This document shows positions 28,783 through 40,497 of a stretch of DNA of 64,000 bases, one piece after another. Location: contig JBALDB010000063.1 of NCBI GenBank assembly GCA_036918135.1, forward strand, positions 1 to 64,000. The letters run 5' to 3'. The DNA comes from Nostoc sp. GTDB lineage: Bacteria > Cyanobacteriota > Cyanobacteriia > Cyanobacteriales > Nostocaceae. The notes beneath the pieces are model-generated. The model made no database searches. It saw only the letters and a program-made list of their open reading frames with translations, and was not told the origin of the DNA. Both the position numbers and the translations under genes were made by a program. The first letter of the stretch is position 1. Every line of letters begins with the position of its first letter.

Positions 28783-31599
28783 ATGACAGAACCTAATAAT
28801 ACCTTTAACCAAGCGACAGTTGTTCCCGACATTTATTTGGAACAGAATTTCTACACCAGTGACTCGGTTAGTCCAAGCGATTTGGATGATTACTACAAGT
28901 TCTTTACCCTCTATGGGCCGTCAACCCTCTACGGCGCTCTCAATGGCTTATCAGCCGACGCCGATTTATACGTCTACGACCAAAATCAGAACCTAGTTGC
29001 CAGCAGTACTTTAGGCAGTAACCAGAGCGAGACAATCAACGTTGCGCTACAAGGCAATCAGTACTACTACGTTAAAGTACACAACTACAATTCATCTAAT
29101 ACAACGAATTATGGACTGTACTTATATAATGATTATTCTGGCCCAACTTTAGCAACAGCAAGGGATATTGGCACTAGTTGGGGACAAACCAGCAGTAAGT
29201 ATTTAGCTTATAACAAGATTGGTTGGCAAGACTATCTCGACTACCGCGATAACGTTGACGTTGTGAAATTCACGATGGAAGCCCCTGGCACCATCAGTTT
29301 GCGGATGAAGGATTTCACCTATACTGGTGGGTTGCAGGCGACGATGCAATTGCTCGATTCCAATGGCAACGTGTTGCAGACTGTCGCTGGTACTGTGGGC
29401 AACGGTCTGAATGTCGATCGCTACTCTGCCCCTGCTGGCACTTATTACGTTAAGTATACCCAGACTTACGGTTCTGACCCTTACACCGTCAGGATTGTCA
29501 CTGATTACGCAGGTGATGTTACTGGCACAGCACGAGACTTGGGCAACGTCAGTGGCAGCAGTCGTCGCTTGTACGACATGGTAGGAGGCGAGTTTGGGCT
29601 GCCAACTTATGAAGATGCTAACGACCTCTACAAATTCACCCTAGATAAAACCTCGCCCATCGATATCCGGTTGGACATCGATACCTCTGCCTTCCCACCT
29701 CCAACCTTCGATGCGAATTTACGCCTTGCCCGTGACACAAACAACGATGGGTTTATTTCAGCAGATGAAGTTTTTCTTTCATCATCGAACCCAGGAGACG
29801 ACCAACTCTCAACCACCTTAGGGGCGGGTACTTATTACGTTCAGGTGGTGCAAAACGGAGCCTATACCAACTATCAGCTCGATTTAGATTCAGACTTTGA
29901 TGCTGTTCCCAGCGATCCACAACCTTCCAGCAATCTGTCAAAGGCGCGATCGCTCGGTAATTTAATTGGGGAAACACCTTATATTGATGATGGGTCTGGC
30001 ATCAGTGCGGGTGATTTCTCTGATTACTTCAAGTTCACAATGACTGCTGCGGGTCAACTCTCAGCTTCAGCATTTACTAACCCCTACTACTCTAGAAATA
30101 CCCAAAATCCAACACTGTCAATTGTTCGAGACTTGAATAATAACCAGCGGCTCGACCCTGGTGAAACAATTACGCCGTTTAGTGTTGGTTCGCTGAGTGC
30201 CAACTTGGCAGCAGGAACGTACTTTATTCATGCAAATGTTTATGGTGAACAAGCCGCTTACTCCCTGCGACTGGTGTCAGACTACGCTGGCAATACCTTA
30301 AGCACAGCCCGGCCACTAGCAGCGATTAGTGGGGCAACGCCGCCCAACCAAACTTTCCAAGACTACATCGAACAAGCTTTCGATGCTTCCAGCGATGTTA
30401 ACGATTTCTATCGCTTCGATCTGCCCAGTACTTACGAAGTGACGCTGAACACCACGGGTGTTGCTGGTGAAGATTTATCGCTTTCACTGATTAAGGATGT
30501 CAACAACAATGGTGCGATCGATGCAGGTGATATCTTAGCGACATCAAACGCCTTGAACTCGCCAACAGAAACTCTCTCACGGGTACTAGGGGCTGGGCGG
30601 TATTTTGTCCGCGTCCAGGGGGTTAATGGTTCTACAAACTACACGCTGACCTCAAAGTTCGTCAGCCCAAGTCAAGACCCTGATGATACAATCGCTGAAG
30701 TTGAGAATCGTTCAGCAAATATTAAGACACTAGGCCAGTTCGTTGACTTTTCGCTCAATACCCAAACTGATACCGATCTGGTGAAATTTACGGTCTCCGC
30801 TGGGCAGCAGGTAGGGTTTGATGTGGATTCTCGCAATGGGTCAAACCTCAACACCTACCTCAGGGTCTTCAACTCCAGTGGTACACAACTGGCGGCTAAT
30901 AACGATGGAGCTGCGCCGGGTGAAGCCTCTAGCCAGTTTTCTTACTTGGCTTATACATTTACTCAGGCGGGCACATACTACGTTGGCGTGTCCCTTAGCC
31001 CCAACTCCAATTACAACGCTGTGACGGGTGTTGGCGATATCGGTGGTTCCGGGACTACAGGAGACTACCGTTTGACGCTTAACGATCTGGGACGAGTGTT
31101 TACTGGGGATGCTCTTAACAACTCGATCGCAGGCGGTAGTGGCAATGATAACCTGAATGGGGCTGGGGGCAATGACACAATTACAGGTGGTAACGGCAAC
31201 GATACACTCATCGGTGGTACTGGCAATGACCTACTGGTTGGTGGTAGTGGAAATGATGTGCTAACCGGAGGTGATGGAGCAGATGCGTATCGGTTTACAG
31301 CTCCTAGCGATCGCCTGGATACGATTAATGGCTTCAGTGGCTCTGGTGGCGACAAGATACAGATATCTGCTGCCGGCTTTGGTGGGGGATTGGTCGCAGG
31401 CAGCCTCACCTCAGACCGTTTTCGTTCCGGTGCGGGTATTACCACAGCAAACACAACAACTCAGCGATTCATTTACAATACATCGACTGGAGCTTTATTC
31501 TATGATGCCGATGGCAGCTTAGGAGGTTCTGCACCATTACAGATTGCCGCCTTGTCCGGCAGTCCTGCCTTGAGCAACACCAATATTGCGATTATCTAA
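28783..31599 (+). CDS. Secreted protein with repeated PPC-like beta domains and C-terminal RTX Ca-binding repeats
   Basis: Repeated 'D..DYYKF...G.YYV.V' modules; GGXGXD nonapeptides; C-terminal 'FIYNTSTGALFYDADG' T1SS-type tail. Confidence 0.8.
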   Translation: MTEPNNTFNQATVVPDIYLEQNFYTSDSVSPSDLDDYYKFFTLYGPSTLYGALNGLSADADLYVYDQNQNLVASSTLGSNQSETINVALQGNQYYYVKVHNYNSSNTTNYGLYLYNDYSGPTLATARDIGTSWGQTSSKYLAYNKIGWQDYLDYRDNVDVVKFTMEAPGTISLRMKDFTYTGGLQATMQLLDSNGNVLQTVAGTVGNGLNVDRYSAPAGTYYVKYTQTYGSDPYTVRIVTDYAGDVTGTARDLGNVSGSSRRLYDMVGGEFGLPTYEDANDLYKFTLDKTSPIDIRLDIDTSAFPPPTFDANLRLARDTNNDGFISADEVFLSSSNPGDDQLSTTLGAGTYYVQVVQNGAYTNYQLDLDSDFDAVPSDPQPSSNLSKARSLGNLIGETPYIDDGSGISAGDFSDYFKFTMTAAGQLSASAFTNPYYSRNTQNPTLSIVRDLNNNQRLDPGETITPFSVGSLSANLAAGTYFIHANVYGEQAAYSLRLVSDYAGNTLSTARPLAAISGATPPNQTFQDYIEQAFDASSDVNDFYRFDLPSTYEVTLNTTGVAGEDLSLSLIKDVNNNGAIDAGDILATSNALNSPTETLSRVLGAGRYFVRVQGVNGSTNYTLTSKFVSPSQDPDDTIAEVENRSANIKTLGQFVDFSLNTQTDTDLVKFTVSAGQQVGFDVDSRNGSNLNTYLRVFNSSGTQLAANNDGAAPGEASSQFSYLAYTFTQAGTYYVGVSLSPNSNYNAVTGVGDIGGSGTTGDYRLTLNDLGRVFTGDALNNSIAGGSGNDNLNGAGGNDTITGGNGNDTLIGGTGNDLLVGGSGNDVLTGGDGADAYRFTAPSDRLDTINGFSGSGGDKIQISAAGFGGGLVAGSLTSDRFRSGAGITTANTTTQRFIYNTSTGALFYDADGSLGGSAPLQIAALSGSPALSNTNIAII

Positions 31600-31762
31600 A
31601 TGCCAAGGATGATTTTACAGTCTTTTTCATCTATTTAAACCACAATCCCCTCTAGGGGTGCACAGCTAGCTGTGCGCCTCAAGCATAATTTAACTGCCCT
31701 TCTGTCTGCCCCCTGCCTTTCAACTCCTGCCTTCTTTAATTACTCGAAAATTAGTGTAAAAT

Positions 31763-32722
31763 TCACACGCCTACTTTAGTTAGTTCCACTTCCCGCCGCC
31801 TGGGTATTTCATGAACCATGAAATCATAAGCCATGTCAGTATGGGGAAAAATTGCGCGAGCTTCCTGAAGCAAATCTTTTAGTTCTAAGTTATTTCCAGG
31901 AGCATAGCGGGGACTAAAATGGGTCATAATCAGCCGATGTGCCCCGGCAGCTAAAGCTGTTTGGGCTGCCATTGTGCTTGTGGAATGCAATCGCTGAAAA
32001 GCCATATCAGCATCTTGATGGGCAAAGGTGGCTTCGTGAATTAATACATCTGCATCATCAGCTAATTCCACTGCGCCATCACAAAAAATGGTGTCTGTAC
32101 AATAGGCAATCTTACGACCAATCTCTGTAGGGCCGCACAATTCGACACCATGAATCACACGTCCATCGTTAAGGGTTACTGTTTCACCGCGCTTGAGTTG
32201 ACCGTAAATGCGACCGGGAGGAATTTGCAACGCTTTGGCTTTTTCAATATCAAAGCGTCCTGTGCGGTCTTTTTCAGCTACGCGATAGCCGAAAGCTGTA
32301 ATCCGGTGATGTAAATTACCGCAGCTGACGATGAAGTCATCGTCTTCATAAATGACGCCGGGACGGATGGCATGAACTTTAATCGGGTAGGAAAAGTGTG
32401 TGTAGGAGTAACGTGAAGCGGTTTGAATGTATTCATTTAACCCAGGTGGGCCGTAGATGTCAATTCGTTCTACATTACCAGCTAAACCGCAAGTAGCAAG
32501 AAGTCCCATCAAGCCAAAAATATGGTCACCGTGCATGTGGGTGATAAAAATTCGGGAGAGTTGACTGATTTTTAGTTCACTCCGCAAAATTTGATGCTGA
32601 GTGCCTTCGCCACAGTCAAATAACCATAGCTCTCCCCTTTGAGGTAATCTCAGGGCGACGCTGGAAACATTGCGCGATCGCGTGGGTACACCGGAACTCG
32701 TCCCTAAGAATGTTATCTGCAC
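31763..32722 (-). CDS. rnz: Ribonuclease Z
   Basis: 'FLGTSSGVPT..RN', 'DCGEGTQ', 'THMHGDH', 'HEATF', 'HFSPRY'. Confidence 0.95.
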   Translation of the reverse strand: MQITFLGTSSGVPTRSRNVSSVALRLPQRGELWLFDCGEGTQHQILRSELKISQLSRIFITHMHGDHIFGLMGLLATCGLAGNVERIDIYGPPGLNEYIQTASRYSYTHFSYPIKVHAIRPGVIYEDDDFIVSCGNLHHRITAFGYRVAEKDRTGRFDIEKAKALQIPPGRIYGQLKRGETVTLNDGRVIHGVELCGPTEIGRKIAYCTDTIFCDGAVELADDADVLIHEATFAHQDADMAFQRLHSTSTMAAQTALAAGAHRLIMTHFSPRYAPGNNLELKDLLQEARAIFPHTDMAYDFMVHEIPRRREVELTKVGV

Positions 32723-33252
32723 AACGTTCTTTAGTCTTCCTCTTGCTCAATTTGCAGCTCTATTTTCTATAGTGGCACGGTTGATGAGCAAAATACTTTT
32801 TACAGCCAAGTTAAGTAAGTCGGCGTCACTAATTGTCGTTGGAATCGGGCAATACCCACAAGGCTTTTAGCTTATTTGATTTTCCTTGACATAGCTTAAT
32901 CTTTTGTACGGACTTACTTGTAATTAATTTTGCCAATAAGCTAGTCGGGTTTGAAGGGTGCTGATATGAATAACATGCCGTTTGAGTAAAGTTTTTAGTT
33001 CTCGCGCTCTTGCAGTACAATTTGGTTTATAGGCTAATGCCTGACGAACTTTATCTTCACAAGAGTTTCTTGAGGCAATTTAGATTTGTTTTTCCTAAGC
33101 GATCGCTTTATATCGGATTCCTATTTGATTGCGTGAAAAAACTCGCCTTCAACTCCAAAAGCCTGAGCGTCAGTCTAAAGGATAAATTTTCAATTAGCAC
33201 ATGATATTACCTGTATATGCCAATATCATTTGAGTTGTAAATTGCTGTAGTT

Positions 33253-34152
33253 ATGTTCAAGCCTCGTTTTGTTCGCTTCTTTCGTCACCTCAATTGGCGC
33301 ACGCTTCAAAAAACTTTCGCCAGGACAATTGAAAGACGACTTTTGGGATTAGCCTCCGAAATTGCTTTTAATGCCATGTTATCGTTGTTTCCAGCGATTC
33401 TTGCTCTGCTTACAGCTATTGGCTTATTGGCAGAATCTTTACAAAACACTTTTAAACAACTGGCGGCGCAACTGAGTCAAATATTACCTGAAGAAGCTTT
33501 GATTCTGATTCGTAATTTTGCCACTACAGAAATTGCCAATTCCAAAAACAGTGGTTTATTTTCTCTAAGCTTTTTATTAGCAATTTGGACTGCTTCGGGC
33601 GCGGTGAGTACTGCAATGACAGCCCTCGACCAAATCCATCAAATTCCTCCAGAACAGGTACGGCCTTTTTGGAAAGCCAAGCTCGTTTCTCTGGGCTTAA
33701 CAGTGGGTACTATGTTGCTTTTGGTATTGGCTTCTTTTTTAGTGTTTACCAGCGATTGGCTTTTGGCAATGGTAGCACGTGAAAATGCTTCTTTAATCTT
33801 CTTGTTCGATATTTGGCAGCTATTACGCTGGCCTTTAGCTTTAAGTATTGTTGCTTACGCTTTTGGCTTTGTTTATCGCTACGGGCCAAGTGTGTGGAAC
33901 TCAGGTACACCAATGATGCCTGGAGCTATTTTAGCAGCTGTTTTCTGGGCTATGTTATCTGCTTTATTTCGGCTTTATGTGGCGAACTTTGGGAATTATA
34001 ATAAAGTATATGGTGCAGTTGGAGCTGTGATAGTTTTAATGCTTTGGCTGTCGATGAGTGCTGCTGTAATGTTAATCGGCGACCAGTTAAACGTAACTGT
34101 TGGCGAAGATATGCGTTCAAAAGCACAATCACAATCTGCCGAAAAGTATTAA
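33253..34152 (+). CDS. YihY/BrkB family membrane protein
   Basis: 'A..AF..MLSLFP', 'YNKVYGAVGAVIVLMLWL'. Confidence 0.85.
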   Translation: MFKPRFVRFFRHLNWRTLQKTFARTIERRLLGLASEIAFNAMLSLFPAILALLTAIGLLAESLQNTFKQLAAQLSQILPEEALILIRNFATTEIANSKNSGLFSLSFLLAIWTASGAVSTAMTALDQIHQIPPEQVRPFWKAKLVSLGLTVGTMLLLVLASFLVFTSDWLLAMVARENASLIFLFDIWQLLRWPLALSIVAYAFGFVYRYGPSVWNSGTPMMPGAILAAVFWAMLSALFRLYVANFGNYNKVYGAVGAVIVLMLWLSMSAAVMLIGDQLNVTVGEDMRSKAQSQSAEKY

Positions 34153-34248
34153 AAAATATTAATTGATAAATCCCTAAAGAAACTTTTACAAAAGTTCAAT
34201 AGGGGAGTAGAATGTCTAACGATTGAATACAAATTAGCGATCGCTTTC

Positions 34249-34755
34249 ATGCCTGATTCTTCTTTTCGGTCTTCGATGATTGAACCTGATGCCAAAGCAC
34301 CTACCTTAAAGCGCCTGCGTCAAATAAGTCGGGTGCTGGATAATGCTATTACTATTCCCGGAACCAAAGTTGGTATTGGTATCGATCCAATTTTAGGATT
34401 ACTACCTATTGGTGGTGATTTTTTGGGAGTCATGTTTTCTTGCTACATCATTTTAGAAGCAGCACGGCTGGGTGTATCTAGAGCCGCCTTAGGCAGAATG
34501 GTTTTGAATGTAATTATTGATGGCTTAATAGGCGCTATCCCAGTTGTAGGAGACTTTTTTGATATTGCTTGGACAGCTAACAATTATAATCTGAAGCTAT
34601 TGGAAGAACACTTAAAGTTTCCCAGCCAGCAAAAGAGTGCAGATAAGTGGTTTATCATTGCCGTTTTGGCTGGATTATTGCTAATTTCCATTGTCTTAGT
34701 AGCATTACCTGTGATACTAATTAGAATAGTGTGGAACGCCTTAACTGGCACTTAA
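34249..34755 (+). CDS. DUF4112 membrane protein
   Basis: 'LDNAITIPGT..GIDPILGLLP..GD', 'IPVVGDFFD'. Confidence 0.85.
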   Translation: MPDSSFRSSMIEPDAKAPTLKRLRQISRVLDNAITIPGTKVGIGIDPILGLLPIGGDFLGVMFSCYIILEAARLGVSRAALGRMVLNVIIDGLIGAIPVVGDFFDIAWTANNYNLKLLEEHLKFPSQQKSADKWFIIAVLAGLLLISIVLVALPVILIRIVWNALTGT

Positions 34756-34961
34756 ATTATCAAAATTTAGAATTTAGAAGTCATAATTAAAAAGACTCTG
34801 AAACTCAAACTTAATTACTTGAATAATATTTAAAAGCTATATTTTATAATACAGAGATTTAAAGTTAGTGAAGTACACTATCTATGTCTGATAGCTAGGC
34901 ACACAGACGATTCTAATTTTGAATTCTGAATACTTACCTGAAATTATTGATTTATTAAGGA

Positions 34962-35897
34962 ATGAAAGACTGGTGGCAAGCCACTTTTCCTAAAGGGCGG
35001 CAAAATTTGGTTATTAGTGATGCTTATGGGTATCCTGTACAAATTGCTTATGGCGAAGTAGGTAGAGGAAAACCGCTAATTCTCTTGCATGGTATGGGCA
35101 GTTGGAGCTACAATTGGCGCCATCTGGTAGCACCATTATCTAAATATTTTCGGGTCATTTGTTTTGATGCCAAAGGGTTTGGTTTTTCAGAAAAACCATT
35201 GTCTCGTAGAGAATATAACGGGCATCAAGTTATTGAATTTAAAAGAATTATTCAGGCATTATGCGATGAACCAGCAGTGATTGTGGCTGAATCTCTGGGA
35301 GGATTAATTGCCCTTGCCATTGCTCAAGAACATCCTCAATTAATCGGGCGGTTAGTAGTAGTAAACGTACCTATCTTTCCAGAACGTTTACCCCATTGGG
35401 CGATGTGGTTACTTGCCCAAACACCTTTAGAAATTATGCAAACAATAGACTCCTTGCGTCTGGCATATATGTTTGCACCTTTATTCAGAGAAATTATGGC
35501 AATAGAAAGACGTGCAGTACTATTCGATCCTTCAATTCTGACACAAGAGGATATTTATTGGATAACTTACCCGTTTATTGAACTACCTGGTACAATCGCC
35601 AAAGTTGCTGAAGAATTACAAATAGCAGCGCGGGAAATAGAGAATTGCCAAGCAAATAAGCCAAATATGCTCACTAAAATTCAAAATAATTTAAGTCAAA
35701 TTCAGTGTCCTACACTAGTTTTGTGGGGTGAGCAAGATAGTTGGTTTCCTGCTAGTCATGGTGAAAAATTACATCAGCAGATTCCAAATTCTAAATTCCA
35801 AATGTTGTCTAACTGCTATCACGATGCCTCAACTGGTGCTTCTGAGGTACTGTATACAGCAATTCTAGAATTTTTGCAAGACACTAGTTTTTACTAA
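34962..35897 (+). CDS. Alpha/beta fold hydrolase
   Basis: 'LLHGMG', 'DAKGFGFS', 'AESLGG', 'WGEQD', 'CYH'. Confidence 0.85.
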   Translation: MKDWWQATFPKGRQNLVISDAYGYPVQIAYGEVGRGKPLILLHGMGSWSYNWRHLVAPLSKYFRVICFDAKGFGFSEKPLSRREYNGHQVIEFKRIIQALCDEPAVIVAESLGGLIALAIAQEHPQLIGRLVVVNVPIFPERLPHWAMWLLAQTPLEIMQTIDSLRLAYMFAPLFREIMAIERRAVLFDPSILTQEDIYWITYPFIELPGTIAKVAEELQIAAREIENCQANKPNMLTKIQNNLSQIQCPTLVLWGEQDSWFPASHGEKLHQQIPNSKFQMLSNCYHDASTGASEVLYTAILEFLQDTSFY

Positions 35898-36417
35898 ATA
35901 AAAAGAGAGTGGGAGGAAGCATATCAATCAGCTTTCAAACTCCCACTCTACCATTTGCTACTGAAGTGAACAGGAATGTATACAGACGTTGCTTGTGATT
36001 TGGGGGCTAATGCGTACTTCAACAACAATGCCCATATACATTTAAAATTCCTGTTGTAGCAAATGTTAAACCTAATTATTGATATTGAGTTCCTGTAAAA
36101 ATACTCTCCAAATAATTTAATATAGATACCTGATTTTATCTATCAATCAATTAGTAGATAGTATTTTTAGAAAAAGATTTGCTTGCTTGGTAGTCCCTGA
36201 TAACAACACCCTTGAAGTCATTTATCTTCTATAATTTAGCTTGGTTCATCAGAATATGGTTGCCATTTTGGCAGATTTTTAACTTTTTAAAAGCGGCTAA
36301 ATCTCGATATGCCAATCCTAAAAAATAAGATTCCTGACTTCTTAGAGAAATCAGGAATCCTAGTCACCTTAATTAGCAAAAAGTATTAATTTAACAAGTT
36401 TTTACTTTACAGTATTA

Positions 36418-37074
36418 TTAATACTGACGTAAAATCGCAGATAATGAACTATCTTTACGAAGATCCATCAAGTCTGCTAAAGATTCCGGGCGCGTATCCA
36501 GGTGGTGCTTGTGTTCTGGTGGTAGAACCGTCACCAAATGCTTTGTTTTAGGTTGTGTCTGCATCATCGGCATTAGTTGTCGCTGGGGCACAAAAATTGG
36601 CTGGTTTTTGGGAAGGCGTGGTTCCAATCTTGTGTAGCGGGCTTCTGCCAAGCGTGCATGATGGTGATTAACCTGTTTTGGAACTGGGACTTTTTGCGGT
36701 TGCTTTGTCCGGTTGAGCGTTCGGAAAATGACCAAGCAACCACTACCACAGCTGAGGGCGATCGCAGCCACCATCCATAAAGGTGTAGGATTACTATTCT
36801 CAGAGGGCGTATTGATTGGTTGTTCAACGATAACTGGAATTTGCTCTGGTTCTTCTTGTGTTACTTGCCCAGCATTACCTAAGCTATACAAGGCAAAAGT
36901 ACCACCTCCGATAAACATAGCTAAAGACCCAGTTAACAATAGCCAAGGATGATGTGCAACCAAATATATCAGACCATTTGAGCTTTTTGTTAATCTTGAT
37001 TTTCTGTTTGTCAGCTCTGGAGTGGCCCCTATTAGTTGGGTTGGCTCGTGCTGTACACTCTGACTTTTTTCCAT
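36418..37074 (-). CDS. Hypothetical membrane protein
   Basis: 218-aa ORF with two hydrophobic segments. Confidence 0.65.
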   Translation of the reverse strand: MEKSQSVQHEPTQLIGATPELTNRKSRLTKSSNGLIYLVAHHPWLLLTGSLAMFIGGGTFALYSLGNAGQVTQEEPEQIPVIVEQPINTPSENSNPTPLWMVAAIALSCGSGCLVIFRTLNRTKQPQKVPVPKQVNHHHARLAEARYTRLEPRLPKNQPIFVPQRQLMPMMQTQPKTKHLVTVLPPEHKHHLDTRPESLADLMDLRKDSSLSAILRQY

Positions 37075-37255
37075 GATTACTTTCAGATTTGTACCCCTCT
37101 AGTCAATAAATTGTACTGGAGGAGTCAAGCATCAGGTATCCGTAACAAAAGTTCAGATTCAAGTAACTTTTTTGTAAAACAAAGGCGACTAAATTTGGCT
37201 AACTTTTGCCGAAATTCTGTATTTATTGTGACTTTTTGGTGTATTTATCTGGAAA

Positions 37256-38356
37256 TTACTTCGCTGATTGTCTAGCGATCGCAAATTGAATTAATCGATC
37301 TACTAATTCAGGAAAGGAAACTCCACTATGCTCCCAAAGTTGGGGATACATACTAGTTGCAGTAAAGCCTGGTAAGGTGTTGATTTCGTTAATCAAAACT
37401 TCTTTTGTGGCTTCCACGTAGAAAAAATCTACCCTTGCTAAGCCTGCGGCATCAACAGCAGCAAAAGCTTGCGAAGCCATGTCCTGAATTTGGCGGGCGA
37501 TCGCATCTGGAATGGGTGCTGGTATCAGTAAATCTGCTTTACCTTCAGTATATTTCGTTTCATAATCATAAAAATCACTGTTATAACTAATCTCTCCAAC
37601 GACAGAGGCTTGGGGGTGGTCGTTACCTAAAACGGCACACTCTACTTCTCTAGCAACAACGCCAGCTTCTACAATTAGCCGGCGGTCATAACTAGCGGCA
37701 TTATCTAAAGCAGCTTCTAATTCTGGGCGCGATCGCACTTTGGCTATGCCCACTGATGAACCTAAATTAGCAGGCTTGACAAAAGCAGGATAACCTAATG
37801 TTGCTTCAATTTCATCGCATAGTTTTGGAAATACGCAAGGATTAGACCACACTTGCGCTCTAGTTAAGGCCTTGTATTTCACCTGCGGTAGTCCCGCTTG
37901 CTCAAAGGCCATTTTCATCGCAATTTTATCCATCCCCATTGCCGAACCTAACACCCCAGAACCGACAAAAGGCACTTGCATCAAAGTGAGTAATCCTTGA
38001 ATTGTCCCGTCTTCACCGTTGGGGCCGTGGAGAATCGGAAACCAAACATCGACTTGGGCAACTTGAGACGGAGATTGCCATTGGCTGAGGGTTTGGGTTT
38101 GAGGGCTGGATGTCAGTTGTCCCCCAGATGTTGATTCTTGAGATTCTAGGAGTGGGATGCCGCTTTCTAAAACCTTTTGAGGTGCTTCCCCGGCTAGCCA
38201 ACGTCCATCTTTTTGGATGTAAAAAGGCAATATTTCGTACTTACTAGCATTTTGCTCTGCACTTAAGGCTTTAGCGATCGCCCGTGCTGAGTTGATTGAA
38301 ACTTCATGCTCTCCCGAACGACCACCAAACAATAACCCCACGCGCAGCTTAGTCAT
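37256..38356 (-). CDS. ddl: D-alanine--D-alanine ligase
   Basis: '[10 protein letters not shown]', 'LHGPNGEDG', '[10 protein letters not shown]', 'NEINTLPG'; ATG at 38356 preferred. Confidence 0.95.
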   Translation of the reverse strand: MTKLRVGLLFGGRSGEHEVSINSARAIAKALSAEQNASKYEILPFYIQKDGRWLAGEAPQKVLESGIPLLESQESTSGGQLTSSPQTQTLSQWQSPSQVAQVDVWFPILHGPNGEDGTIQGLLTLMQVPFVGSGVLGSAMGMDKIAMKMAFEQAGLPQVKYKALTRAQVWSNPCVFPKLCDEIEATLGYPAFVKPANLGSSVGIAKVRSRPELEAALDNAASYDRRLIVEAGVVAREVECAVLGNDHPQASVVGEISYNSDFYDYETKYTEGKADLLIPAPIPDAIARQIQDMASQAFAAVDAAGLARVDFFYVEATKEVLINEINTLPGFTATSMYPQLWEHSGVSFPELVDRLIQFAIARQSAK

Positions 38357-38792
38357 TTTCAGTACCTTGAAACTCCTCAAGCAGATAGCGTATCACAACC
38401 TACAAAAGTTGCTATATTTTTTCATGATTTTTGGTGCGTTAGGACTAACGTCCATAACGCACCTTACCAGACTAAAGCCAATGGAGATTAAATTTTTCCG
38501 ACTTGTGTGTATGCGAACGACTCAAACAGAGATATTTTGCCTGTTTTAAAACAGTTTAGCCATTAGCCAGAGGTTTGAACTTATGGCATAGGATGGAAGA
38601 GAAGATCGGGGAAAAAGTAATTAAAAATCGCCCAAGTGGAAAAGGCAACTGATGTCAAAACAACAGCAAGAACTGGTGCTAGGGAAAGATACCGAAGAAA
38701 AAATGCTTGTTGTTTGTTTTGTTTCTGCATATAATACTCCCAATATACTTAAATAGTGGAACAATTTATTTGTTGTTGCGTTTTTCAAGATA

Positions 38793-39269
38793 TTAAAGTT
38801 GTGATACATTAACACCCTTTACTTTGGACGGGATGACAATGCCATAGTAAGCGGCAGCGAGCGCTGATAGGGCATTGAGCCAAACATTATTACCAAACAG
38901 TGGCATTAAGCCGAAAAATGTCTTGCCTAAAGGCACTACTCCGATGATTGCCAATGCAATATAAGCAATTGCAAAAGTACGGTTAAATAAACGCGCACTG
39001 CTAGCACTGGTATAAGAACTAATTCCTAATAGTCCAACAGCGCAGTGCACCAAATTATGGAAAAAATTGGTAGGAAATAAACCAAATATATAACCAAACC
39101 CCGCGGCATAGATGTCAGCAGACTCATCTAAAGGAACATAAGATTCATTTGTTCCTGGTAAAGATACTAAAGCAGGTATAAATCCTGCTAAACCTAATAT
39201 TAAAAAGAGAATTCCGATGGTCAAAGCACAGTAACGCTCTACCATTTTTGAGGCTTGGATATTTTCCAT
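38793..39269 (-). CDS. DUF4383 membrane protein
   Basis: 'GLAGFIP', 'FGLFPTN..HN.VH'. Confidence 0.75.
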   Translation of the reverse strand: MENIQASKMVERYCALTIGILFLILGLAGFIPALVSLPGTNESYVPLDESADIYAAGFGYIFGLFPTNFFHNLVHCAVGLLGISSYTSASSARLFNRTFAIAYIALAIIGVVPLGKTFFGLMPLFGNNVWLNALSALAAAYYGIVIPSKVKGVNVSQL

Positions 39270-39486
39270 ATTCTTTTTTACTCCTGTGATGAGTCAATTT
39301 TTTAGAACAGCAATTGCTAACTAAAATCTCAAAATACTCAATATATTGATTCGATAAAATTGCTCTATTTGAGACAATTAGTAAGCTAAAAGTATTACTT
39401 TCTATTCAACTGATAATCTAAAGCTTTATCTCTATCAAAAGACAGAACTGAGGTTTAAGATTAATGTTTAAATATGTTCTCCACGA

Positions 39487-40497
39487 TTACTCATTGTGTT
39501 TGAATACTTGTGCTGCCAGTAATGTCAATAAAGCTCCAGTAGCTATGGCTCCCCACTGAAATAACGGCAATTTACCCAAGGAATCAGAAATACTGGGTAT
39601 GACTAAGTTTTGATAATCTCCATCAACTCTGCTCTCTTCTGGAACAGATTGGTAAAAATTGTTGGGTGCATCCTCAGATTTGGCTTCGCCACTATGTTGT
39701 AGATTAAAGCCAACAAGCAATAACAATGAATCTACCAACGAAGGCGATATTTTCTGGACTAAATCTAATAATTTAGCTACATCCCCAACTAAAAGGTCAC
39801 GAATTGGGTGTTCGGCTGCATAGAGGATGGCATCGGCTACAATTCTTGGGTCATAGTAAGGTGGTATTCCTGACGGTTTTACGCCTAACTTCGTCAAGCC
39901 ATTATTCCAGAAGGGAGTGTTAATCACAGCTGGCTTTACACTTGTGACACTGATGGGCCATTTTTCATGTATCAATTCGACGCGCATAGCTTCCAGAAAC
40001 CCCTCAACCCCATGTTTGGCTGAGGAATAAGCACTTTGATATGGAAGCGATCGCCTACCTTCCATTGAAGAAACGTGAATTAATGCTCCTCGTCCTTCAC
40101 GCTTGAGGTGGGGTAACGCCGCCATCGCACCATATACTTGACCCATCAAATTAACATCAATGACGTGTTTAAATTCTTCTGGTGTTGTGTTGTCAAAAGT
40201 CGCAAATAAACCAATAGCTGGGACGTGTACCCAGGTATCGAGTCGTCCATAAACCTCTACAGTTCGATCCGCGATCGCCCGAACTTGTTCAAATACTTCT
40301 ACATCAGCAACAACATGGGTTGCTTCGCCGCCAAAACCTCGAATCTCTTCCACCAATGACTTTAACTTTGACTCACCGCGAGCAGAGACAATTACCTTTG
40401 CTCCACGTCTAGCAAATTGGAGAGCTGTATCCCGTCCGATACCACTGGAAGCTCCAACGACTGCTACGACTTGTTGATTAATTGGCTTTAATTGCAT
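39487..40497 (-). CDS. SDR family oxidoreductase
   Basis: 'GASSGIG', 'YSSAK'. Confidence 0.9.
   Translation of the reverse strand: MQLKPINQQVVAVVGASSGIGRDTALQFARRGAKVIVSARGESKLKSLVEEIRGFGGEATHVVADVEVFEQVRAIADRTVEVYGRLDTWVHVPAIGLFATFDNTTPEEFKHVIDVNLMGQVYGAMAALPHLKREGRGALIHVSSMEGRRSLPYQSAYSSAKHGVEGFLEAMRVELIHEKWPISVTSVKPAVINTPFWNNGLTKLGVKPSGIPPYYDPRIVADAILYAAEHPIRDLLVGDVAKLLDLVQKISPSLVDSLLLLVGFNLQHSGEAKSEDAPNNFYQSVPEESRVDGDYQNLVIPSISDSLGKLPLFQWGAIATGALLTLLAAQVFKHNE

Noticed and set aside
35964..36034. Possible ~25-aa Cys-containing peptide on the minus strand
   Set aside because: No RBS or modification genes nearby; cannot be supported.
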